NCBI RefSeq assembly: GCF_963921235.1
Contig: NC_086105.1
Span: 98,332,001-98,396,000 of the forward strand
Source: Mobula hypostoma
Lineage: Eukaryota
Reading direction: 5' to 3'
DNA length: 64,000 bases
In this document: piece after piece, positions 36,111 to 49,151 of the stretch
How the letters are laid out: each line of letters starts with the position of its first letter
Numbering within the stretch: position 1 is the first letter of the stretch
The notes under the pieces: model-generated
What the model saw: only the letters and a program-made list of their open reading frames with translations
Databases searched by the model: none
Told to the model about the DNA's origin: nothing
Made by a program: the position numbers and the translations under genes

Positions 36111-36374
36111 CATCTCAAGGAAGAATGCAAATGTACTGGATGCAGTTGTGAAAAGGCTTACTAGACTAATACCTGGAATGTTTAAGACAGTGCTGGTGAA
36201 ACACAGCGACACATTCCAGCAGCAAACAAAGCTACTAATTACTTTATCAGTCTCACCTTTTCTGGAAACTGACCACTGCAATCAATAGCCTGTAACTTCT
36301 CTTTCAGAGATGAGCTTTTGAACTGACTGTACGACTTGGAATTTTTGAGTTGCGAACTGAGGTCTCGAAGGTGC

Positions 36375-37035
36375 AGGACACGCAGTTGTCATTTATTGTC
36401 ATTTAGTAATGCATGCATTAAGAAATTATACAATATTCCTCCGGTGTGATATCACAGAAACACAAGACAAACCAAGACTAAAAAAGACTGACAAAAACCA
36501 TGTAATTATAACATATAGTTACAACAGTGGAAAGCAATACCATAATTTGATAAAGAACAGACCATGGGCATGGTAAAAAAGTCTCAAAGTCTCTCGAAAG
36601 TCCCATCATCTCACGCAGACGATAGAAGGAAGAGAAACTCTCTTCCTGCCATGAGCTTCCAGCGCCACAAACTTGCCAATGCAGCACCCTGGAAGCACCC
36701 GACCACAGCCGACTCTTGAGTCTGTCCGAAAGCCTCGAGTCTCTGACCAGCCCTCCAACACTGAGCACCATCTCTGCCGAGTGCTTCGACCCCTGCCCCG
36801 GCAACAGGCAATAGGCAAAGCCGAGGATTTGGGGCCTTCCCCTCCGGAGATTCTCAATCGCACAGTAGCAGCGGCAGCGAAGCGGGCATTTCAGAAGTTT
36901 CTCCTGGTGTTCCTCCGTGCTTCTCACGTCTGACTCCATCAAATCAGGATTGTGCATGGTACCTATCTAACAAATATGATATGAGTTTGGAGCAACCGCG
37001 CACGCTGCGTCGCGCCGCCATCTTCTCTTCCCCTC
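36375..37035 (-). mobile_element. Non-autonomous retroposon, AAGATGGCG family copy 2
   Basis: GAAGATGGCGGCGCGACGCAGC 5' end at ~37025; body and tail shared with the other copies. Confidence 0.8.
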
Positions 37036-37039
37036 CCCA

Positions 37040-37470
37040 TATCGAAGCGTCTGGGTCTGAGAGCGAGGAACGGCCCGCTGTTTGGTTAATTTAAGCACCG
37101 GGCCAGATTGAAAAGGTCAGGGTGTCGTGACTGCAGGAGTGGAGGAGAGGGATGGGCTGGTGTTCAGCTCACAAGGTTTACTCGGCTCTGCGCTGAACTG
37201 AGGCAGTGGCCTGCAATTAACGGGTTCCTGGATTGGCTGCGAGTGTCTTTGTGGCTGTGGACTCATTTTTGTGAACTTCAGTTCTGAATGTTATTTGCTT
37301 ACTTTTATTGTTTGCACAATTTGTTTATTTTTTCTGCACATTGATTGTTTGATAGTCTTCATTTTTTAATGGGCTCTTTTGTGTTTGTTTTGTGACTGCC
37401 TATAAGAAATCATATCTCAAGGTTGTACAATGCATACATACTTTGATGATAAATGTCTTTGAACTTTGAA
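37040..37470 (+). mobile_element. Non-coding retroposon with Rex-like tail
   Basis: Tail ATACATACTTTGATGATAAATGTCTTTGAACTTTGAA, similar in type to 24042-24855. Confidence 0.5.
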
Positions 37471-38409
37471 GGTACTATAATTCCATTGAAACATGAGCCC
37501 CTAGATGTGAACCCTTGCAGCTTCTCCTTACTCACACCATATTAATGTTACACTGATAAAGTAAGTGTTGACAACTCTGCTGATGCCTTGACCTCAAAAG
37601 CAGGCCTTCGGAGAAGGTTGAATGTCTGCTCAAATGTTGATTTAAAGACTCATGGTGAGAGAGCCGTTACTGGAGGTATCACCTCTAGACCAGCTAACTC
37701 CTTCACTCTTCAGGGAGGTGAGAGTTTGCAGGGTTGGGCACAGCTATTCCAATTAAACCATTGACCCAAAATAAATATATCAGTCAGAACTGTGCTACTA
37801 AGAGTTCCCAACTTGGCAGGGGAATACACAGGTAGCTACTAATTCTTGGGGAAATGAATTAATCAGAAATAAAAGAAATAAAAAGTTGTGTTTAAGTAGC
37901 TCCTTGGATGCTTCTCTCAGCTTATGCTAAAGTGTTTTACAGCCAATGATGACCTCAGAATTCGGTGTCTAATTTGTGTAAGTTTATTAATTGGACCTCA
38001 CTTTCCTCCCTGAGCTCTTCCCCTCCTAACACAGCCTCTCCCTCCCTCTCTCAACTCCTCTTGTCCAGCTCTATCCCATTCAACCCCTCAGCTCCTTCCA
38101 TTTTACAGGGACAACCGATTGTTTGGAAAGATTTACAGATATATTGTACAACCTTTACTAGTGTGTCACCTGTACCAGTCTATAAATCTCCAACACTTGA
38201 TAAATCCTTCAAAAAAATCCTCACAAAATCAACTAATATACCAGATCTAACTATTACTGAAATGTAATGCAGAAAGTTAGTCTGTAAGCATCTGTAAGAG
38301 TAGACTCATTTTTGTGACGGCAATTCCATTTAAATTTAAATGAATATTTGATTTTGGAGTGCTTGAATTAATGAATAGTTACTTCCAAACCCTCCAGTCC
38401 TCCTTATTC

Positions 38410-38985
38410 ATTTTTTTGGATCCTGATTCTTCTGCCAAAGCTGGTGGTTATTGACCATCTTTAATTGGTCTGGAGAAGGTGTTGATGAGCTAGTTCCTTG
38501 TCCATTTGATGAAGGTACCCCCAGGATGTTTTTGGGGAGGTTTTCAAGACAGGCCTGCATTTCTAACTCCGGATGGTGGGAATCTTGCAGGGGAACCTGC
38601 AGGTGAGTCTGCTGCCTTGTTTTTCTTGATGCTGGAAGCTGGTACTTTAGCAGCAGCAGTGGATGAGTCGGAGCAGCGACTGCAGTGTACTTTGTAGGGT
38701 GATGCAAGCTGCAGTCTCTGGACGTACTGAAGGGAGAAGGAATAAATACTGAATAAGATGCCGTGCCAGTCAAGGGGCTGCCTTATCCTAGATTATCTCA
38801 AACTTCTTGAGGGTTCATGGGGCTGCGCTCATCCAAGAAAGTCAAAACTATTTATTGCACTCCTGATTCCCATGCCTTGTAGATGTTGGGCACAACATCA
38901 GGCCACAGGATACTCTGCCTCTGACCTGCTCTTGCAGACACAATATTTGTGGCTGATCAAGTTCTGGTCAATAGTGCCCTCAATC
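38410..38985 (-). mobile_element. Old degraded LINE (CR1/L2 group) 3' portion
   Basis: Degraded LINE C-terminal and 3' UTR-like sequence; recognition only. Confidence 0.45.
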
Positions 38986-39440
38986 TGTACCCCTCTCTAA
39001 AAGCATTTGTTAGAATCAGAATCAGATTTATTGTTGCTGACATAAAACAACAAATTTCATGACTTGTTGCAGCAGTACAGCGCAGGCATAGCAAATTGCT
39101 CTAAGTTAACGATAATAAAAACTAAGCGGGGCAAAAGATGAACAGTGAGATAGTATTTATGGGTTCATGGACAGTTTGGAAATCTGGTGCCAGAGGGGAA
39201 AATGCTGTTTCTAAAACATTGAGTGTGGGTCTTCAAGCTGCTGTACCTCCCTCCTGATGGAAGTAATGAGAAGAGAGCATGCTCCAGATGGTGAGTGTCC
39301 ATAATAATGGATGCTGCCTTCCTGGTGCCCACCTTTTGATGTCTTCAGTGGTGGGGAGGCTTGTCCTGTGATGGAGCTACAACCCTCTGAAGCCTCTTGC
39401 GATCCTGTGCATTAGCGCCTCAGTACCAGACAGTGATGCA

Positions 39441-39580
39441 CAAGCACGAGAAAGTCCACTGATGCTGCAAATCCAAAGCAACACACACACAAAATGCTGG
39501 AGGAACTCAGCAGGCCAGGCAGCATCTATGGAAAAGAGTAAGCGGTCGATGTTTCGGATCGAGACCCTTCATCAGGACTG
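39441..39580 (-). mobile_element. Penelope-derived terminal repeat containing a hammerhead motif
   Basis: AAATGCTGGAGGAACTCAGCAGGCCAGGCAGCATCTATGG arm; splits the Rex sequence GTGATGCA|ACCAG. Confidence 0.8.
39543..39580 (-). ncRNA. Minimal type I hammerhead ribozyme motif
   Basis: Minus strand CAGTC-CTGATGA-A-GGGTCTCGATCC-GAAAC-ATC-GACCG; both conserved core boxes present. Confidence 0.72.
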
Positions 39581-42500
39581 CAATGCAACCAGAGTGCTCT
39601 CTGTAGAACTTTGCTGAAGCCTTTGGTGACGTACCAAATCTCGTCAGAATCCTGATGAAGTTGAACTGCTGGTGTGCCTTCCTCGTGATTGCATCAATGT
39701 GTTGGACTCCAGAGCAGATCCTCTGGGATGCTGATAACCAAGAACTTGAAGCTGCTCACCCTTTCCTCCACTGATACCTCATTGAGAATTGCTGTTTGTT
39801 CTCCTGACTTCCCGTTTCTGAGGTCCACAATCATTTCTTTGGTTTTGCTGACATTGAGCGCAAGGTTCTCTTGTGACATCACTTGACCAGACTGCTTATT
39901 TTGTTCTTGCACATCTCCTCATCCCCATCTGTGACATGGATATAATAAAGCCCCTGTTGTCAATGGGTTTATCTGTGGAATTGGTAGAGGAGTTATTGGT
40001 AGGTGAGATGAGGTTGTCAGCGGGATTGTCAATAGGGGTGAAGTTAGCAGTGGATGTTGTGATGGCATTTAAGTGGGTTTGAAGTTCTGATAGCAGTGAA
40101 TCTTGGAGCCGTTTGCTGTGATGGTTGGCGTAGGTTGGGATAGGATTGGGTTGAGGGTTGACAGTGAAATCTGGGTTGGTGGTGGTGTGTATTAGAGTGG
40201 GTTTGGGCTGAGCTTGGACTTGGGTTGGCGGTGGGCTGGCAGCTGATCTGGGATGGGAGATGGTGGTGGGGGAACAGTGGAATGCTTGTTGGGTTGCAAC
40301 AGTTGAATTCACTGGAGACATGCTGTGCTCACGTCTTCCATCTATTGACAGCCTGATAGAGGCTTAGGCTGACCATAAGACCATAAGACATAGGAGTAGA
40401 ATTAGACCATTTGGCCCGTTGAGTCTGCGTCACTACTCCAACATGGCTAATTTATTATTCCTCTCAACCCCAGCCTTGCTGTGAGATTTCCAGCAGATAC
40501 AACTTGAATCTGTATGTCACTGAGTGCAGGTTCACGTTCCTGCCATCTCTCACCCACCAAACCCATTCTCCTTCTCCTTCACTCATTGGGATGCAGGTCG
40601 GCAACATAACCCAGCCCAGCTACCAGGTAAGCTCAGTTCAAACTGCTGAAGTCCTTCTGACGAGGGTCTTCCCACGCCGCTGCTGGGGAGGGCACTCCGG
40701 GGATCGGAGCGACAGGCAATATTTCCACGTCAGCAACGTGGGTGACTTCGGAATCTGCAATCACTTTTGATGAATCTTTGACATGAAACATTAACTCTGC
40801 TTACCTCTGTCCAAATGGATGCTGCCTAATCCAGCAAATGTTTCCTGCATTTTCTCTTTTTAAGTAGGCACATAGTTATTAGCTGAACATTATTTTATTT
40901 GCGTTTCAGTGTACTGAGGCAAGTTACCTCAATAGCCCGAGTCATTACCAAACAAGAGAGCTGGGCCAATCAAGATTACGTCTTGGATTTTTCCTTTTTC
41001 TTTTAAGAGAAAAAGAATTGATGGATTTGTTCATATGCTGAGGCTATATGTGCTCCTTCTGATCCATGAAATAAGCTGTCTGGAGAACAGACTATGGCAC
41101 ACTTGAACTCCAATTATCAACTGCACTTTGATATAACACACTGTGCAATACGGAAACCACAGTGATATTCTGCAGCCTCAAAGAGCTTCGCTTCTGTTAA
41201 TCCAGTGATGGAGAGAAAAATACTAGTTAGCTTCTCCTTCTGCTGACAGGGCGCATTTGGATTATGGCATCAGCGTCTCCCATCGTTCAGCTACATCTGC
41301 AGAAATCTGGGCTCACGGTCCTCACACTACTGTTTAACCATTTCCTTCCCTTGTTAGAAGGTGTACCAAAGATTGATGACAGAATGAATGACAGGTGGAG
41401 GGAACAAGTCCCGGGCTTGCCAACAGGCATGTTGGGGGGGATACCAATAGCCCAGGCTCCAGAATTAATCTGCTGATGCTGGGATATGTTGACTGTCCAT
41501 TTCCCTCCACAGATGCTGCCTGAACTGTTGAGTTCCTCCAGCATCTTGTTTGTTGCTACATACACGCACTCACTCACATCTTGTGCAGTACACTACCCAT
41601 CAAAACACAAGATGATCAAATTTGGTCATATCTATGGTTTTCTTTGATTACTGAGTCCCGGACACAAGATCTCCCATTACAAATCATCGTGTCTCTGGGA
41701 TCACAGGTTCCTGTGCCATTGCACGATTCTGAAGTGAGTTAAATCCCATTTACAAACCCCATTTCCCTCCTACTCCTTCTGTTCTTCTCCAGTGAAAGAG
41801 TACTTCATCGATCATCCAGTCCAGGGGTTCCCAACCTGGGGTCCTTGGTTAATGATAGAGCTCGACGGCTTAAAAAAGGTTGGGAAGTCCCGAACCCATC
41901 CAAGTCAAACCTATCTTTTGCATCTTTGCTCTGTTATGGCTGTCCTATTGGCTACACAGTGCCTCCTCCATTTTCTTCTTCAGTTGCATAGTTTCTGGTT
42001 ATTGGTCCTGAGTCAGTCAGGTAGAGAGGAGTGCGAAATTGATTGCTTTTGATAGCTCATACAAGAGCCTCATTCTGCACATCAGTCTCATGACCAACGA
42101 TTACCAATACAGCTATCTCTCTGCCTCAATGTAAGCTGCTAGTAATTCCTCAAACGTAATGGTCAGTGCTTCTGCCTGCAGCTGAGGTTCTAAGTGTCAC
42201 TACAGATGTCAGAGTGGGCCCATTGTTTCTTATCTCACGACCAGCAGAAGCTCACTGTCTAGTTGCTTCCAATTTATTAGGCCTCTGAGACTTTGGGCCT
42301 CAGTATAGTGAGTTTCTTCCCAATTTATAGCTGCTGCTTAGCGAAGCTGCGCAAATGTTTCAGTGGGGTATCGTCCCTTATCTCTCAATGGCTTGCTTCC
42401 AGCCTGTTTATTCTCCAGAGTCTTAATTGACACTGATGGCTTCTTAAAGCAATTCCTGATTCATATTCCTGTGATTAGTCAACACTGGGGATTCATTTCT

Positions 42501-42969
42501 CTGACTAAATCATCATCAATCTCCTCGCTTATATTTTTTCAGCCTTCTCAGAGAACCTCACACACAGTTGACTACCTCTTGGAGGGAGCAACTTCAAAAT
42601 TCCTGTTAAGGCTGTCCACACAGCCCATTCTTCCATCCTGAGGTGGCTGTTTTAACTCTCCGACAGCCGTACTGTGAACCACCCCCAGAGTCACCAATCA
42701 GAGCACTGTGTTATGACTTGCTCTTTCTTCCCACAGAAATCTTCCTTCACAGTCTGCAGAAGGTGAGGTCAGGGATCAAATTTTGGGAGACCAGTTCATC
42801 ATTTGCTGCTGCCTGGTCGTTACCAGTCAGAGCAGGAGGAGGACACAGAGGACATTTCAGTGTCCATTTCCTATTTCCAAGGGGCAACCCACCTTACGAC
42901 CATGCCCTCGTGGTACCAGGATATCACGTGGTCTGTACATACTGGCTTTGAGGTGAAAAAAGCACCTCA

Positions 42970-43510
42970 GATGGTTGAAGAAGTTCGGCATGAGTCCCCA
43001 AATCCTAAGGACTTTCTATGGGGGCACAATTGAGAGCAACCTGACTGGCTGCATCACTGCCTGGAATGGGAACTGTACTTCCCTCAATCGCAGGACTCTG
43101 CTGACAGTGGTGCGGACAGCCCAGCGCATCAGTGGATATGAACACCCCACTATTCAGGACATTTACAGAGACGGGTGTGTAAAAAGGGCCCGAAGGATCA
43201 TTGGGGACCCGAGTCAACCCAACTGCAATCTGTTCCAGCTGCTGCCATCTGGGAAATGATACCGCAGCATAAAAGCCAGGACCAACAGGCTCCAGGACAG
43301 CTTCTTCCACCAAGCCATCGGACTGATTAATTCATGCTGACACAATTGTATTTCTAAGCTATACTGACTGTTCTGTTGTATATCTTACCGTACATGCTAT
43401 TTATTACAAATTACTATAATTTGCACATTCAGATGGAGACGTTATGTAAAGATTTTTACTCCTCACGTATGTGAAGGATGTAAGTAATAAAGTCAATTCA
43501 ATTCAATTCC
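42970..43510 (+). mobile_element. Rex1/Babar LINE 3' end
   Basis: KKFGMSPQILRTFYGGTIESNLTGCITAWNG..LFQLLPSGK; (CAATT)n tail. Confidence 0.88.
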
Positions 43511-44291
43511 ATGAGGAGTGTACCGAACTGGGCAATTCCACTTAACAGCTAAACGTGATGTCTCTACTCCTCCCATGGGACTATAAGACATAGAACAGAA
43601 TTAGGCCATTCAGCCATTAAGTCTGCTCCACCATTCAATCATGGCTGTTGAGTTGTTTGTTCACCCCATTCTCCTACATTATCCCCATAACCTCTACCCC
43701 CCGCCTTACAAATAAAAACATAAAAATCTCTGATTTAAATACACCCAGCTGGTGACATCCATGTTGTGCCAAACTATTGAAGCTAATGGTATCTTCTCCC
43801 TTCTTCCTGCACAAGATCTATATCCCTCCACTCTCTGCAGATTCGAGTGCCTTAAGAAGATCACAAATTCTGGGCCTGCGTCACTGCCTCTATTCTAAGT
43901 CTCCTGATTGATGAGGGTGGTCGTTTTTAGTGTGTGTCTATACCCAGGTTACGGCTCAGCTGAGATACCTGAACACCGAGCATCTTCGCAAACAACATAC
44001 TTTTTCTACTTTTATGGTTACTGCCTCCGGGATGACACACAGCTGCCATCAGTGTTAGGCACCCATCTCTGCACGAATTCACTGAGGTTTTTCTGAGTCT
44101 GAGACAGGGTCATCTCCCGCTCAAATACTTCCCTGCTGCAAGAGGAAGGGATGGAGAGATGACAGCACACCAAAGCGCATGATACCAAGTCTCATAGCAG
44201 AAGCCTAAGGGACCCCTATCACTGTGAAACGGTCCCAACCAAGCTGAATTCCAACCAGCCAGTTTGTTCATCAAACCTAGTCCCTGAAAGC

Positions 44292-44602
44292 CTCAACATT
44301 AAGTTCTTGGTATCCATGATTCTCTCCATCGTTCAGGTACCTGCCTGTCTCACAAAGCTTCAAGCCAACAAGCAGGTTCTGCTCCTCGGCCTTGTGGTCT
44401 TATGGTGTTATCAATGGAGGGAGTAAACAGTAGATATTTTGGGCCAAGACCCTTCATCAGGATTTGGTCTCAGCCCAAAACGTTGCCAGTTTACTCTCTT
44501 CCATAGATGCTGCCTGACTTGCTTGTTGGCTTGAAACTTTCTCAGGCAGGCAGGTACCTGAAGGATGGAAAGAATCATGGAAATCAAGAACTTAATGTTG
44601 AG
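44292..44602. repeat. ~83-bp inverted duplication flanking a Penelope-derived hammerhead remnant
   Basis: 44292-44374 is the reverse complement of 44520-44602, with some mismatches; 44415-44520 is a Penelope arm. Confidence 0.85.
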
Positions 44603-45447
44603 TTTTTGTTTAATTATATTAATGAAGCCACACACAAAATGGGGCCCCAAGTATAGAGGATAAAGATAAATTCTGTGTGTGCTTTTGTTTACAGAATCTT
44701 ATTAAATAAACAAAATGAGCCGGATGTAGAGTAAAGCTCCCTCCACACAGAACCAGCAGTAAACCACCATGGAAGAAGCTCTCCTGTGGTGTGACCTTCC
44801 ACCTTCCTAAATCTCCATGACGTTCATGGCCCCGAGACCCTCCACTACAATCCTCGACAGCATCAAGACTGGAAGGAGGAGGAAACATGTCATTTGCCAG
44901 CGGCCAAATTGAAGGTCAGCTCCCTTCTGATACACCCGCCATTAGCTACTGGCTCAAAGGTCACTTTTGTTTTCTCTTCTGCATTAACCGTTAATATCAC
45001 AGTATTTGATTCAAGCAGAAGTACTCTTTCCCTTAGGCATCATAGAAGTATATCCTACACGATTGAATATTAAATTTTTAGCATATTCAAGCCAACATTT
45101 CTCATTACAAAATTCTGATTCCCTTGCTAAGAACCAATGCATTATGAGCTCTGACAGCACAGTTAGTCCTGCAGCCTCTCAGATCCAGGGACCCAGGTTC
45201 AATCCTCGGTACTGTCAATGTGGAGCATGAATGTGGCCTCATGGGTTTTTTCTGCCCTCCACCCGGGTGCTCCTGTTTCCTCCCTCATCTGCAGGTTACC
45301 TGTCTGCCGTCAAATGCCCCCCCATGTGTACGTGTGTGGGGATTCAGGGGAGAGCTGATGGGAATGTGGGGGAGGAGCGGTTAGGCAAACTAAATGGGAG
45401 AGAAGGAATGTCCAGCGAGCTGGCAGAGGATCTTCGGTTCACATGAT

Positions 45448-45845
45448 AAACACAAGAGATTCTACAGATGCTGGAAATCCAGAAAGGAAGGTGAAAGAAG
45501 CCAAAATAAGAAGGTGGGGTGAGGGGAAGAAGTACAAGCTGGCAGGTGATAGGTGAGGGGGAAGGTGGGTGGGTGGGGGAGGGGGATGAAATAAGAAGCC
45601 GGGAGGTGATAGGTGGAAGAGGTAAAGAAGAAGGAATAGGATAGGAGAGGACAGTGGACCATGGGCAAAAGAAAAGGAGGAGGAGTACCTGAGGGAGGTG
45701 ATGGATAAGTGCAGTGAAGAGAAGAGAAGCTCCCCTTCCTTTCCAGTCCTGATGAAAAGACTTAGCCTAATGCGTCAACTGTTTATTCCTCTTCATAGAT
45801 GCCCCTGATCTGCTGAGTTCCTCCAGCATTTTGTGTGTGTTGCTT
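45448..45845. mobile_element. Penelope-derived terminal repeat (purine-rich tract plus arm with degenerate hammerhead)
   Basis: AAACACAAGAGATTCTACAGATGCTGGAAATCC head; CAGTCCTGATGAA...TCAACTG..GATCTGCTGAGTTCCTCCAGCATTTTGTGTG. Confidence 0.75.
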
Positions 45846-46792
45846 TGGTTCAAATAGCCTCCTTTAATGTTGTAAGAAAAAAAAAGGAATTTTCTGACAA
45901 TTGTTACAACCTTATATCCATTGGAAGTAAGTGAAAATGGACATACATTGTCAGAAGTGAAAAGCAATCCCTTTGAAAGTTGGACAATGGCATTTCTGAG
46001 GGAAACAGGACAAATCTCTGATGTGTTCTGATCTGGTTTCTCTCACTTTCTTATTTCATGGAGTGTTAAGTCATGGGCAGAGGAGGCAGCGATGTCATTG
46101 CCTGCAGATCTAATATGTTAGCACTGCTAGTGGGGAGTTCCTTGCTGATAGATTTCAATAAACACTCTAATCTGAAGCTCCTACAAGAGCCTACCAGCAC
46201 TCTCCTCGTATTCCAGGTCCACACTGGGATGAGAAGGATTGAAAACAGCAGGAAAACAAAACCAGCAATAAAAAAGTTGTGTTGTACCTTTGAAGTAGTG
46301 TTTGCACCTCATGATCTTTGTGAGAACCACCCAAAAATAAAACCTGTAGAGAACAGGAACTGAAGATTCCGTGCCCCGTTGATGGGAATGGTAGGTCCAG
46401 ATTAAGCTGATCCTTAGAGTTAGATCAAAGGGAGCCAGGGGAACTGCAGGCAGCTGCTTCCCAACTCTGGAGCAGCAGCACCTGGTCTTAAAGCTTCACC
46501 AAACAGCTGTTAAAGCGAGAATGGCTGGAAGTCTGCAGTCAGTGGTACAAGGTAAACATAGAAGTTTCAGCATCACTACAGTGCGTTGAAGGAAAAAGAG
46601 AGGACATTATACATCAGGCAAAACTGAGTCTGTATAATGCTTGGGTGGGTGTGACAAAATGTATTAATCACTCTCCTGAAGATGTTTCTCAAGGGCAGTG
46701 AGGGCAATTCTGAAAAAGCACTGGCTGTATTGAGAGTCTAAGAAAGCAATATTACTAGTGGGCATAAATTCTGGAGAGTATCACATACTAAT

Positions 46793-47830
46793 CTCAGAAT
46801 CAGATTTAATTGCACTGGCAAACACTGAGTATGTGTCTTCAAGCTCCTGTACCTCCTCCCTGATGGAGAAGACAGCATGTCCTGGTGTGATGGAGAGCCT
46901 TAATGATAGATGCCACCTTTTTGAATCATTGCCTTTGAAAATTACCTCAACACAGGGGCTGGTGCCCATGATGGAGCTGTCTGAGCAGACTGGCAGCCCT
47001 CTGCTGTGTTTTCCAAACCTGTGCAGTGGCCCTCTGTACCAGATGGTGATGGAACCAGTTAGCATGCTCTCCACGGTACATGTGTAGAAATTTGCTAGGC
47101 TTTGATGACGTACCAAATCTCCTCAAACTCCTCACCAAGTATAGCCACTGTCAAGCCTTCTTTGTAATTGCATCAATATGTTGGGCCCAGGATTGACCGT
47201 CAGAGATGCTGACACCCAGGAACTTGAAACTGCTCAACCTTTCCAATGCTGATCTCTCAACGAGGACTGATGTGTGTTCCCTCGACTTCTCCTTCCTGAA
47301 GTCCATAATCAACTCCTTGGTCTTAATGATGTTGAGTGCAAGGCTGTCGTATGCCTTCTCATCACCATCTTAGATTCTGTCAACAACAGTTGTGTCATCG
47401 ACCATCTTATAGCTGGCAATTGTGCTGTGCCTAGTCAACAGTCATGGTGGCTAGGGACAGTGAGGATAATAATTATATCCCACAGACTGTGGTCTCCTGA
47501 TGTGGAAGTCAAAGATCCAGTTGCAGAGGGAGGTACAAAGGCCCAGGTTTTGAAGTTTGTTGATTAGTACTGAGGATATAATAGTGTTTAGCGCTGAGCT
47601 GTAATCAATAAACAGCAGCCTGATGTAGATATTGCTGTTTTCCAGGTGGTCCAAGGCTGACAAAGAGCCAATGAAATTGCATCCACTGTGGACCTATTGT
47701 GACAGTAGGTGAATTGCTGTGGGTCCTGGCTCTTGCATAGGTAGGAGTTGATTCTGACCATGGCTAACTGCATCACCATAGATGTGAGTGTGTGGGCGGC
47801 AGCTCACACTGATCTTCTTGGGCACTGGTA
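46793..47830 (-). mobile_element. Rex1/Babar LINE (RT and 3' end)
   Basis: [24 protein letters not shown] and NFYTCTVESMLTG motifs. Confidence 0.88.
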
Positions 47831-47892
47831 TGGCATGATCTAACAGATTTGCACAACACTGGAGACTTCCAATCTCCAGGGATAGTTTAGAG

Positions 47893-47972
47893 CAGGGGTC
47901 CCAACTTTTCTTTCATGCCATGGACCCTTACCATTAATCGAGCGTCTGTGCACCCCAGTTTGGGAACCCCTG
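47893..47972. mobile_element. hAT-type MITE (related copy at ~41822-41890)
   Basis: TIRs CAGGGGTCCCAAC / TTTGGGAACCCCTG; flanks GTTTAGAG and CACTAGAG form a degenerate 8-bp TSD. Confidence 0.65.
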
Positions 47973-49151
47973 CACTAGAGGATGGGAAGTATGTTAACCT
48001 GCAGCAGCGAGCAATCAATTCAAGGCTGAGCAAAACTTTCAGTGATTGTATCATCTTACAGACTATTACACAGTCCCTTTGTGAACAAGATGGACTCTTG
48101 AGCTCACAATCTACCTCGTTATGACCTTGAAATTTACTTTCTGCATTTTCTCAGTAAATTGTAACACTTTGCTCTGTGTTTCTGTGTTCTGTTATTGCTT
48201 TTCATTTATACTACCTCAATGTGCTGATCAGATGAAATTATCTGTATGGACGACATGCAAACCAAAGTTGTCCACTCTACATCAGTACCCTTAACAATAA
48301 TAAACTAACTACTGATGTACCACATCCAAAGACCCCTTTGGAGAGGTTTTGGATCATATGCTGGAAGACATGATTGTGTGTAGGACGTTAGGAATTGCAG
48401 CCAAGAATATGGAAGAATTCCACCTGGGTCGGCCAAAAATGTAATGGTAGTCTTTAGTCAAAGGAGAACTCCTGAAGCTTTTGTCCAGAAGCGTATCACA
48501 AGTGGCGTAAATGGGTGTCACTAACGCTATTAGCAGTCACTTCCATTACAATAGTTCCTTTAAAGGATCTGTGGGCTACTTGTGACATAACAACGGCTAG
48601 TGAGAGAATACAATCTAGTTCAAGAAGGTAATTGTGTTCAAGAACACAAATCTTACTTATAACTTTTCAGCCCATCCTTCTGTTTGGGTCAAGGATGTAT
48701 TGCTGTTGAAGAGCTGTGAATGGAACTGACCAATGCTGAAGCATCAGTGAAGATGCTCATCTTCATGCTCATCCCTCATTATGATGGAGGGAAGATCTTT
48801 GATGAGCCAGCTGTAGATGGTTGCGTTGAGAATACTGTTCTGAGAAACCCTAATCCCCAATGTTGTCCTGGGGCTGGGATGGCAGCCTCTTACAGCCACA
48901 GTCATCTTTCTACAATAATGTGCGTGTAACATCCCTGATGATGCAGAGCTCCATCAGACACTTCTCCAATACTGCAGCAATTTTCGGGACTGCACTGGAG
49001 ACCCACCAGAGCCACAGCCATGCAGCAACCCATCAGCTCAGCAGTGACTGAGTAGTATTCATTATGTACTGAACTGGAAATCCTCCAACATTGCAACACA
49101 CTGTATAATAAACATGAGAAATTCCACAAATGCTGGAAATCCAAAGCAACA

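Larger units (their letters stand above)
39010..39915 (-). mobile_element. Rex1/Babar LINE 3' portion with a Penelope-derived insertion
   Basis: LALNVSKTKEMIVDLR..VSSFKFL motif; (AGAATC)n tail at 39011. Confidence 0.85.

Noticed and set aside
40655-40690. CTGACGA as another hammerhead core
   Set aside because: No downstream GAAA box or matching stem I.
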